Notes under the pieces: model-generated
What the model saw: only the letters and a program-made list of their open reading frames with translations
What the model was told of the DNA's origin: nothing
Databases searched by the model: none
Assembly (NCBI GenBank): GCA_016199805.1
Contig: JACQGC010000013.1
Span: forward strand, 66,327 to 130,326
Direction: 5' to 3'
DNA from: Candidatus Nomurabacteria bacterium
GTDB lineage: Bacteria; Patescibacteriota; Minisyncoccia; Phycocordibacterales; UBA9973
DNA: 64,000 bases
Translations under genes and position numbers: made by a program
Part shown: piece by piece, positions 56,521 to 64,000 of the stretch
Layout of the letters: every line of letters starts with the position of its first letter
How positions within the stretch are numbered: the stretch's first letter is position 1

Positions 56521-57041
56521 AAATTTCTTATTTCTTTTAAAATACGATTCGCTATTTGTTCTGGAGCCAGTTCTTCTGAATTAAAAATTGGAACATTTAG
56601 ATGCTTATTTTTAGTATGGATACGATAATTTCTTTCTATGCGAGTTTTGGTAATTTTTGGTTTTCCAATTAGTCCTGGTCTTGCCAAAACCCTTTCCTGA
56701 AGTAAAGACTTCGACGCATATAATTGATATATAAAAATATCAGCACAATATTTTTTAGCTATTTTTTTAAAAGTTTCTATTTGCTCCTTTTTCATTCCTT
56801 GTTCTATAATCACGTTAATACCTTGTTTTAAATATTCCTGTGTCATTGCCAATACTACATTGCGACTAATTTCGTTGTCTGCGGGATTTCTTTTAAAATC
56901 TGACAGAAAACGCTTTATTTTGTCGAGACCAATACAAGATGTACGTTTTAATTTTAAATGTAAAATATTTGCTACGGTGGTTTTTCCTGAACCCATGGGG
57001 CCATCAATTAAAATTATAAAAGATTTATTTTTTAACTTCAT
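56517..57041 (-). CDS. P-loop kinase-like protein (AAA/zeta-toxin-like fold), unknown substrate
   Basis: Walker A 'IDGPMGSGKTTV'. Confidence 0.45.
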   Translation of the reverse strand: MKLKNKSFIILIDGPMGSGKTTVANILHLKLKRTSCIGLDKIKRFLSDFKRNPADNEISRNVVLAMTQEYLKQGINVIIEQGMKKEQIETFKKIAKKYCADIFIYQLYASKSLLQERVLARPGLIGKPKITKTRIERNYRIHTKNKHLNVPIFNSEELAPEQIANRILKEIRNL

Positions 57042-57643
57042 ATTTTTATATTTAATTTTTTAAGCTCATTTTTTAGTTGTTCGACTGATTTAAAGACAAT
57101 TCCGCTTAAACCATACTCTATAGCTTTTTTAATATTATTCTCCCCATCATCTATGAAAATAGCTTCTTCTGGATTAATATTAAACTTTTCTAGCGTTATA
57201 TCAAAGATTTCCTTATTTGGTTTTTTTAATCCAAGCTCCCAAGAAAACGAAACAACATCAAAAATGTTTCTTATATCCCAATTGTCCAACACGACCGATT
57301 CAAAAACTGTAGTGTTTGAAATAAAACCCAATTTGTAATTTTCCTTTAGTTTAAGTAGTAAATCTTTCATACCTGAGAATATTGTTGCTTTTTCAATTCC
57401 TTGTCTCAATAAATTAATAACATATTTTATATTTTCTTCATTTCGTTCAATTTTAAATTCTTTGAGAAAATTTTGAGCCATTTCTTTTTCGGATTTCCAC
57501 TCCTTAAGTTGAATACTAGTTTCATATAAATGCATAAAGTCAGATGTTTTTTCAATTCCAAATTTATCTTGCAGGGATTTAGAAATACTTATGTTTTTTG
57601 TACCTAATGTCTCCCATAAATCAAAAATAATCATCTTTATCAT
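57038..57643 (-). CDS. HAD-superfamily hydrolase (subfamily IA-like)
   Basis: Motif I 'IIFDLWETL', 'FISNT', 'KKPNKEIF', 'FIDDGENN'. Confidence 0.7.
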   Translation of the reverse strand: MIKMIIFDLWETLGTKNISISKSLQDKFGIEKTSDFMHLYETSIQLKEWKSEKEMAQNFLKEFKIERNEENIKYVINLLRQGIEKATIFSGMKDLLLKLKENYKLGFISNTTVFESVVLDNWDIRNIFDVVSFSWELGLKKPNKEIFDITLEKFNINPEEAIFIDDGENNIKKAIEYGLSGIVFKSVEQLKNELKKLNIKI

Positions 57644-57650
57644 ATTATTG

Positions 57651-58223
57651 TTATTTAAAACTAATTACTGTAATCAATCTTTCGGATGTCTTATCTCTGC
57701 GAAAACTCGGTAACGATGTGTCTTCGTATGTATTTCTCGAGTCAAATTCTACACCCTGTGGCAATAAAGACATAATAGCATCTTTAAATAAAAAGGTTAT
57801 TTTTTCTTCATTATACGTGAAGTATTTTTCTCCGAATTTTTCTTGTATTTTATCAAAACAAAAATCTTTCTTGATTTCAAATGAATGCATAAAAGGACCC
57901 ACGAAAACATGTAAATTTTCTTGATTGAATTCCTTGGACATCTTTTCAACTAACCCCAAACAAAGCCCCCGCCAGCCGATATGGGCAATTCCGATTTTCT
58001 CTCCATCGTTGAAACAAATAGGCGCGCAATCGGCTGTTCTCATACCTAGTGAAAACTTTATATTTTTTGTAATTAAAGCGTCACAATTTTTAACATCTTC
58101 TTTGCCTGTAATAATTTCCACTATATTATCACCATGAATTTGCCTAGGTAAAATTATGTCCCTTGGAGCATTTTGTGATTTTGTATAGATAGAAACATTG
58201 ATTTTGTCCATTTTATTTTTCAA
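57651..58223 (-). CDS. YfiH/PgeF-family (DUF152, laccase-domain) purine nucleoside / peptidoglycan-editing enzyme
   Basis: 'QIHGDNIV', 'DALIT', 'LGMRTADCAPI', 'GIAHIGWRG', 'PSFRRD'. Confidence 0.75.
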   Translation of the reverse strand: MKNKMDKINVSIYTKSQNAPRDIILPRQIHGDNIVEIITGKEDVKNCDALITKNIKFSLGMRTADCAPICFNDGEKIGIAHIGWRGLCLGLVEKMSKEFNQENLHVFVGPFMHSFEIKKDFCFDKIQEKFGEKYFTYNEEKITFLFKDAIMSLLPQGVEFDSRNTYEDTSLPSFRRDKTSERLITVISFK

Positions 58224-58788
58224 TTATTTTAAACTCTCCCTCTGCAAGAGCAAAAATTGGCAAATCTTCTTTGTATTTTTTTAATTCCGTAAGAGCTTTC
58301 TTCCATTCGACTTTGTAGTTGGGTGATTGAAAATGAACTATGACCTTAGTGTCAGTCAGACCCAGTCCTTCCTTTATGCAAAGGGATTCAATATCATAAT
58401 AATATTTCGACAGCATATAAGCTCCAGCCGAAGAACCAGCAATGTTTTTACCTTCTAATAATTTCTCCCATCCTTTGTGTTTTAAAAGCCTTTCCAGTAA
58501 AAGTTTCGTTTCCCCACCTCTAAAATAGATTGCATCTGCCCATTTTAATTCCTCAATAAAATTTTCTTCAGTGGCACACTTCATATCTATTTTTGTTTCC
58601 GTTATGTTTGTTTCCATATAGTTTTTATCTTGTAAAAATGACTTCTCCCAATTTTCTCTCGGTCTTGAGAAAAGACATTCTAATAATTTTACCGGTCCTG
58701 GTTTGTTTTCAATTAGAGACATAAAAAATGCCTTTCCTCCATCTTTTGCTTTGTGTGGATATCCACCAGCTAAAATATATTTAATCAT
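58213..58788 (-). CDS. S51-family peptidase (PepE/cyanophycinase-like, class I glutamine amidotransferase-like fold)
   Basis: 'AIYFRGGETKLLLERL', nucleophile region 'IAGSSAGA'. Confidence 0.6.
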   Translation of the reverse strand: MIKYILAGGYPHKAKDGGKAFFMSLIENKPGPVKLLECLFSRPRENWEKSFLQDKNYMETNITETKIDMKCATEENFIEELKWADAIYFRGGETKLLLERLLKHKGWEKLLEGKNIAGSSAGAYMLSKYYYDIESLCIKEGLGLTDTKVIVHFQSPNYKVEWKKALTELKKYKEDLPIFALAEGEFKIIEK

Positions 58789-58789
58789 T

Positions 58790-60154
58790 TTATTTCAAAC
58801 TCTTGATTATTTTCATAAATTGGTCGCCGCGGTCGTATTCGTTTTGAAACATACCAAAAGACGCAAAGGCCAGGGAAAAGAGAATAATATCTTCGCGTGA
58901 GGCAAGACCTAACGCAGTCTTTACTGCATCTTTTAAATCTTTTGCCTTTTCATTCATAATTCGTAATTTATAATTCGTAATTAATTTATCCGTTCCCGTT
59001 CCCGGAATCATTACAACTGCTTTGCAGTATTTATTTACATCCTTCACAAAACCAGCTAAATCCAGCTTTTTGTCTGCCCCACCACAAATTAGGATAATAT
59101 TTTTACCACTGAGGTCTTGCCTCAGTGCCTCAATGCCTGCCATCGTGGCTTCTGGGGTGGTGGCGTTGTTATCATTGTATATTTTTACTCCTTTGACTGT
59201 CTTTATGTATTGTAATCTGCCTTCCAATCCTTTGAAATTTTCTACAGCTTTCCTTATTTTTTCAGCAGGAATTTTAAAAAGCTTTCCTACTTCCACCGCA
59301 CAGGCCAGATTTTCTCTTTGGAATTCTCCGGGAACAATAAATTTGAAATTGCTTACATTCTTTGAATTTGCCATTATTAATTTACTTTTTAAATTTTTTG
59401 GAATTAACTTCTTGACTCCAGAACGGATTATTAACACGTCTCTCTTTTTCTGGTACTTAAAAATATTTGCCTTGTCGGCAAAATAATCTCCCAGGCTATT
59501 TTTATAGTAATTCATATGGTCCGGCATGAAAGATGTGAAAACGGAAATATGCGGAGAAATTTTTGCCTCACCAAATCCTTGCAGCTGCCAGGAGTCCAGC
59601 TCGCATACCAAAATATCACCTTTCTTTACTTTTTTAAGGAGAGGAAGAGTTGCCAGTCCTCTTACGTTTCCGCCAAGATATACTTTTCTTCCCAAGGACT
59701 TCTCGTTTTGCTTTAAAATCTCATAGATTAAGGCTGTGGTCATTGATTTCCCCCTGGTACCCGTTATCCCAATGATTTTTATTTCCGGCGCGCATTTTGC
59801 AAACAAAGACACGTCCATCTCTATCGGAATTTTGTGTTTTTTTGCTTCACTTATATAAATAGAATCAAACGGCACTCCGGCCGCTTTCAAAACCATATCG
59901 CAATTCTGAAAATCTTCCAGCCGGTGCTCACCCAATACATATTTTATATTTTTAAACTTTTTTAATTTATTTAAAGATTCTTTGAGTTGTTCATTTGTTT
60001 TCAAATCGGTAATAGTCAATTTCGCTCCGCATTCAGCCAGAAAAACAGCATCCCCAATACCCCGTCCGAGCAAACCCAACCCCATTATGGTTATCTTTTT
60101 GTTTTTGAAAAAATTTTTATTCATAAAGTTTTTTGAATTCTTCCATATCGTCAA
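58790..60154 (-). CDS. murD: UDP-N-acetylmuramoylalanine--D-glutamate ligase
   Basis: 'ITIMGLGLLGRG', 'IIGITGTRGKSMTTALI', C-terminal Mur ligase domain. Confidence 0.9.
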   Translation of the reverse strand: MTIWKNSKNFMNKNFFKNKKITIMGLGLLGRGIGDAVFLAECGAKLTITDLKTNEQLKESLNKLKKFKNIKYVLGEHRLEDFQNCDMVLKAAGVPFDSIYISEAKKHKIPIEMDVSLFAKCAPEIKIIGITGTRGKSMTTALIYEILKQNEKSLGRKVYLGGNVRGLATLPLLKKVKKGDILVCELDSWQLQGFGEAKISPHISVFTSFMPDHMNYYKNSLGDYFADKANIFKYQKKRDVLIIRSGVKKLIPKNLKSKLIMANSKNVSNFKFIVPGEFQRENLACAVEVGKLFKIPAEKIRKAVENFKGLEGRLQYIKTVKGVKIYNDNNATTPEATMAGIEALRQDLSGKNIILICGGADKKLDLAGFVKDVNKYCKAVVMIPGTGTDKLITNYKLRIMNEKAKDLKDAVKTALGLASREDIILFSLAFASFGMFQNEYDRGDQFMKIIKSLK

Positions 60155-61364
60155 AATGATGCTTTACACCTTTGATTTCCTGATAGTCTTCGTGGCCTTT
60201 GCCGGCGCAGAGTATTATGTCCCCTTTTTGCGCGAGCTTTACGGCTTCGGCTATAGCTTCATACCTGTTGGCATTTGTTTTAACTTTTTTGAAATCTTCT
60301 ATGGATAATCCTTCTTTCATCTGTTCAATTATCTTCTCCGGGTCTTCGCTGCGCGGATTGTCGGAGGTAAAAATAGCAAAGTCCGAAAGGGTTGCTCCTA
60401 TTTTCCCCATGATTTTTCTTTTCATCGGGTCGCGGTCACCCCCACAGCCAAAAACAGAAATTATTTTACTGTTTTCTTTTCTAATCTCCCTTATTGCTAA
60501 AAGAATTTTCTCCAAAGCATCCGGCGTATGCGCGTAATCCACCACTACCAAAACTCCGCTCTCCGAAGTAAAGTGCTGAAATCTGCCCGCCGGGGGTTCT
60601 ATGGTTTCCAAAATCTTATTTACTTTATCCATATCAAAACCCAAGAGCGAGCATGCGCTCCAGACAGAGAGCAGATTGTAAGCGTTAAACTTGCCCAAAA
60701 GTTTCGATTTGATTGGTATATCATTGAAAGAAAGTTCCAGCCCATCAAAATCCAGCTTTTTGATTTCCCCTTGAAACAACACCTCTTCCCCTATCCCAAG
60801 GATAGGGGAAAATCCGTAAGAAAATTTATTGGCTTGTATGCCTTGCAGCATTTTTAGACCGTATTCATCGTCGGCGTTTGTAAGCGCAAAAGCCGGTCTC
60901 GGCAACATTTGAAAAAATTTCTTTTTGGCGGCAAAATAATTCTCGAAGTTTTTGTGATAATCCAGGTGGTCGTGCGTCAGATTGGTAAAAATACCGCCAA
61001 CAAAATTCACTCCCCGAACTCTGCCTTGGTCTAGGGCATGACTGGAGACTTCCATAAAAACATATTCACAACCATTTTCCACCATCTCACTAAAAAGCCT
61101 GGTGAGAGTTATAGAATCGGGAGTGGTGTGTATAGCCGGCTTGGCTTCTTTGACGATAATATTTTCAACAGTGCTCACCAATCCTGCTTTATAGCCGAGC
61201 GCAGTAGCAATCCTATAGAGCAAAGTAGCTGTAGTAGTCTTGCCATTGGTTCCCGTCACACCAACGATTTTCAACTTGCGAGTCGGATGACCGTAATAAT
61301 ACATAGCCCCGACGGATTTACCTCTCCACCAGATTGTTTTCAGTTTTTTGGATATGGATTTCAA
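60117..61364 (-). CDS. murE: UDP-N-acetylmuramoyl-tripeptide synthetase MurE (meso-DAP type, N-terminally short 415 aa)
   Basis: 'IVGVTGTNGKTTTATLL', 'MEVSSHAL', 'NLTHDHLDYH', 'DNPR' specificity motif. ATGA overlap with the upstream gene. Confidence 0.85.
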   Translation of the reverse strand: MKSISKKLKTIWWRGKSVGAMYYYGHPTRKLKIVGVTGTNGKTTTATLLYRIATALGYKAGLVSTVENIIVKEAKPAIHTTPDSITLTRLFSEMVENGCEYVFMEVSSHALDQGRVRGVNFVGGIFTNLTHDHLDYHKNFENYFAAKKKFFQMLPRPAFALTNADDEYGLKMLQGIQANKFSYGFSPILGIGEEVLFQGEIKKLDFDGLELSFNDIPIKSKLLGKFNAYNLLSVWSACSLLGFDMDKVNKILETIEPPAGRFQHFTSESGVLVVVDYAHTPDALEKILLAIREIRKENSKIISVFGCGGDRDPMKRKIMGKIGATLSDFAIFTSDNPRSEDPEKIIEQMKEGLSIEDFKKVKTNANRYEAIAEAVKLAQKGDIILCAGKGHEDYQEIKGVKHHFDDMEEFKKLYE

Positions 61365-61906
61365 TTTAGTTTTTCTAAAAATTCTTTTAATTGCAAAATG
61401 GGTTTTATTTTTAAATACACGACTTTATGGTCTTCGGCATTTTGTTCCGCCCTAGTCACATTATAACCTTCGGGAATAAATATCCTATCGAAACCATAAC
61501 CCCCATCCCCAGCCGGTTTTTCAGGGATTGTGCCATCCATGCTGCCTTCAAAATAAGCTTCTTTTTCTCCGTCAAAATAGCCAAATACACACCTAGCTGT
61601 CGCAGTTCTGTCTTTGCCATTCAGCAACGAGCAAATATCTTCTTCGGACATCTGCTCCAAAAAATATCTAATGAAAGGGCCCGGCAATCCGCCCAACCCT
61701 TTGAATTCCAGATTGGTATCTTCTACCACCACCGGCTTTTTTATTAAATCATAGGCTTGTCTGACTTTATGTTTTACTATTTTTTTTAAATCAAGAGACT
61801 GAATTTCGTCCAGGTCCACTTTTTGGTGTAAAATCGGAAAATCCAAAAGATTGGCCAAGTATTCTGCCTTTTTCGGGTTCCCGGTAATGTAAGTAATCTC
61901 CTTCAT
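61361..61906 (-). CDS. rdgB: non-canonical purine NTP pyrophosphatase (RdgB/Ham1 family)
   Basis: 'ITGNPKKAEY', 'EDTNLEFKGLGGLPGPFIRYF', 'GYGFDRIFIPEG'. Confidence 0.85.
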   Translation of the reverse strand: MKEITYITGNPKKAEYLANLLDFPILHQKVDLDEIQSLDLKKIVKHKVRQAYDLIKKPVVVEDTNLEFKGLGGLPGPFIRYFLEQMSEEDICSLLNGKDRTATARCVFGYFDGEKEAYFEGSMDGTIPEKPAGDGGYGFDRIFIPEGYNVTRAEQNAEDHKVVYLKIKPILQLKEFLEKLN

Positions 61907-61911
61907 AGTAT

Positions 61912-62136
61912 CTACTCTCCCAAGTATTCAAACCTCGGAACTTTTTTGCCGTTTACTTCCACGTCTTCTACGAACATGGCATATGGACGCACCTGCAGAG
62001 AATAGTCGTCATAAAGTTTCTTGTAAACAACCATTTCCTCGCCTGTTTCCGAATGCCTGGCCACACCCAGAACTTGATATTCCTTTTCTTCACCCTTGAA
62101 ATGTCTATATTTACCCAATTTTATTTGATTTATCAT
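61912..62136 (-). CDS. DUF1653-domain protein
   Basis: 'YRHFKGEEKEYQVLGVARHSETGEEMVVYKKLYDD' is the typical DUF1653 pattern. Confidence 0.6.
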   Translation of the reverse strand: MINQIKLGKYRHFKGEEKEYQVLGVARHSETGEEMVVYKKLYDDYSLQVRPYAMFVEDVEVNGKKVPRFEYLGE

Positions 62137-62153
62137 ACAAATTTACAAAATCG

Positions 62154-64000
62154 TTAATTGATAAGCGACTTTCTGTGCTGTGGGGCATTAATCATCCCGC
62201 ACTTTTTCCATTTATATACTTCCCCTGTCGCTGGATTTATGGCTCCGCACGGGCACGGGTCATTTCGGCCGATTTCCTTTCCATTGACCAGGTCTTTCTG
62301 CCCGCCGAGTTCGGTCGGTTCGGTATGACTAGTTACTAAAGTTTCCCCGGAGGAGCTAGCATCTGTTTGTTGCATGTTTGCAACATTGTCGGTATTGATA
62401 GTGGTGATAAAAGAGAAAACTTGTTCTTTGAAATTCTCTTCCATTTCTTTGAACATCATCAGTCCGTCTTTTTTGTATTCTACGATTGGTTCACGCTGTC
62501 CATAGGCGCGTAGATTCACCGAACTGCGCAAGTAATCCATGGCTTCCAGGTGTTCCATCCACAAGGTGTCAGTGGTATACAGAGCGATGCGGCGCACGGT
62601 TTCCAGGAAAGCCTCTTCGCCTATTTTTGTTCTTTTTTCTTCTATTATTTTTTCGGCATTTTCGTGGTCGGCCGAAACCTGGACTAAAAGATTTTCAATC
62701 TCTTCCTTATCTGCGCGGAGCATTTTCTGCCTTCTCTCGTAGATAATCTTACGCTGATGGTTCATGACATCGTCGTATTCCAGCGTGTTTTTACGGGCGT
62801 CAAAATGAAACCCTTCTATTTTGGCCTGCGCGCTTTCCAGGGTGCTGTTTATAAATCTGTTCTCAATCGGCTGGTCTTCCGGTATGCCAAAGCGCCCCAT
62901 CATGTTTTTTATTTTCTCCGAACCGAAAACCCGCATCAGGTCATCGTCCAGCGAAACATAAAACTGCGTGGCTCCCGGGTCGCCCTGCCTACCCGCGCGT
63001 CCGCGGAGCTGGTTGTCTATTCTTCTGGCTTCATGCCTCTCGGTGCCGAGCACAAAAAGCCCGCCGACGGATTTTACAAATTCGTATTCTTCTTTTACGG
63101 TCGGATTGCCGCCGAGCTTTATATCTATTCCGCGGCCAGCCATGTTGGTGGCGATGGTCACTGCCCCGCGCCTGCCTGCTTGCGCGATAATCTCGCCTTC
63201 CTTTTCGTGGTTCTTGGCATTCAATATTACATGCTGCACACCTTCTTGCCTCAAATAAACGGACAGAAGTTCGTTTTTCTCAATAGAAATGGTACCTATG
63301 AGCACAGGCGTGCCGGCTGTGTTTAATTCTTTTACCTTTTTAGCGATAGCTTGAAACTTTCCTTTTTCAGTTTGGAAAATCAAATCTGTCTGGTCGTTGC
63401 GGACCACGGGGCGGTTGGTGGGAATTACAATTACATCCAGCCCGTAAACTTTCAAAAACTCTTCCGCCGAAGTGGCGGCCGTACCGGTCATGCCCGAGAG
63501 CTTTTTATAAAATCGAAAATAGTTTTGGAAAGTAATAGAGCCACTCGAGCGGGATTCTTTTTCAATCTTCACACCTTCTTTGGCTTCTATGGCTTGGTGG
63601 ATACCCTCACTCCAGCGGCGGCCCGGCTGCAGGCGCCCGGTAAACGGGTCAACAATGATAACCTCTCCTTCTTTGACCACATAGTCCCGGTCACGTTCAA
63701 AAATGGCTTGAGCTTTCACGGCTGTTTCCAGGTGATGCACATATTTGATGCCTTTTTCGGTGTAGATGTTTTGAATACCCAAAAGAGACTCCGCTTTGGT
63801 GATGCCTTCATCGGTCAGAGATATGGCTTTCAGCTTTTCATCCACCTCATAGTCAGTATCCCGCTTTAATTGTTTGGCTATTTGGTGAAATCGTACGTAA
63901 AAATCCTCGGAATCCCCGGCTTGCGAGGAAATGATAAGCGGGGTGCGCGCTTCGTCTATCAAAATAGAGTCCACTTCATCCACGACTGCGAAGCTGTGCC
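62154..64000 (-). CDS. secA: preprotein translocase ATPase SecA, 3'-proximal part (N-terminus lies beyond the window end)
   Basis: 'ILIDEARTPLIIS', 'TNMAGRGIDIKLGGN', C-terminal Zn motif 'CPCGAINPATGEVYKWKKC'. No start codon inside the window. Confidence 0.9.
   Translation of the reverse strand, partial: HSFAVVDEVDSILIDEARTPLIISSQAGDSEDFYVRFHQIAKQLKRDTDYEVDEKLKAISLTDEGITKAESLLGIQNIYTEKGIKYVHHLETAVKAQAIFERDRDYVVKEGEVIIVDPFTGRLQPGRRWSEGIHQAIEAKEGVKIEKESRSSGSITFQNYFRFYKKLSGMTGTAATSAEEFLKVYGLDVIVIPTNRPVVRNDQTDLIFQTEKGKFQAIAKKVKELNTAGTPVLIGTISIEKNELLSVYLRQEGVQHVILNAKNHEKEGEIIAQAGRRGAVTIATNMAGRGIDIKLGGNPTVKEEYEFVKSVGGLFVLGTERHEARRIDNQLRGRAGRQGDPGATQFYVSLDDDLMRVFGSEKIKNMMGRFGIPEDQPIENRFINSTLESAQAKIEGFHFDARKNTLEYDDVMNHQRKIIYERRQKMLRADKEEIENLLVQVSADHENAEKIIEEKRTKIGEEAFLETVRRIALYTTDTLWMEHLEAMDYLRSSVNLRAYGQREPIVEYKKDGLMMFKEMEENFKEQVFSFITTINTDNVANMQQTDASSSGETLVTSHTEPTELGGQKDLVNGKEIGRNDPCPCGAINPATGEVYKWKKCGMINAPQHRKSLIN

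Noticed and set aside
1-64000. CRISPR array, integrase/transposase, relaxase or VirB4 genes
   Set aside because: No regularly spaced direct repeats and no DDE, tyrosine/serine recombinase, relaxase or VirB4 motifs were found in any frame. The ATPase and pilin-like genes are therefore not called a complete T4SS.

Overview
The window is a low-GC (roughly 35-40% by hand count of sample blocks), gene-dense chromosomal segment, mostly minus-strand, with the hallmarks of a reduced Patescibacteria/CPR-like genome: shortened AlaRS, IF-2, MnmA and MurE, almost no Shine-Dalgarno sequences, and many small membrane proteins.

Housekeeping content:
- A ribosomal operon: infA-rpmJ-rpsM-rpsK-rpsD-rpoA-rplQ, followed by rplM-rpsI.
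- Chaperones and translation factors: dnaK and grpE (with other genes inserted between them), clpB, alaS, typA, gyrA, infB-rbfA.
- A cluster of four tRNAs (Cys, Leu-TAA, Lys-CTT, Leu-TAG) plus tRNA-Tyr.
- A mur cell-wall cluster (murC, murD, murE) interleaved with unrelated enzyme genes, and the 3' part of secA.

Accessory and unusual content:
1. A minus-strand operon (708-6425) just downstream of the dnaK terminator: a soluble TraD/VirD4/FtsK-HerA-like P-loop ATPase with a C-terminal Zn ribbon and proline-rich tail, two tandem paralogous K/E-rich proteins, and a ~600-aa cysteine-rich repeat protein. A second Cys-rich paralog plus a PaaX-like regulator sits between grpE and dnaK.
2. A conserved 71-bp inverted-repeat/hairpin element in two copies (8545-8615 and 17236-17306) with a compensatory stem change and near-identical loops. 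One lies between a near-consensus dnaK promoter and the regulator gene; the other lies between infA and rpmJ.
3. A tandem array of six small signal-peptide + two-TM proteins resembling VirB2/TrbC-type pilins (43635-46371), downstream of an SBP-like protein and a methyltransferase.
4. A ~1.5-kb GC-rich (~53-55%) two-gene SPFH island with strong Shine-Dalgarno sites, next to the tRNA cluster and an IPT/TIG surface protein.
5. GC-rich imperfect palindromic repeats (CCCCTC...GAGGGG family) flanking a 36-aa hydrophobic ORF, a DUF559 (Vsr-like) endonuclease and a P-loop kinase (51598-52960), with related hairpins in several other spacers.

No CRISPR array, integrase, relaxase, VirB4 or HrcA-CIRCE element was found.
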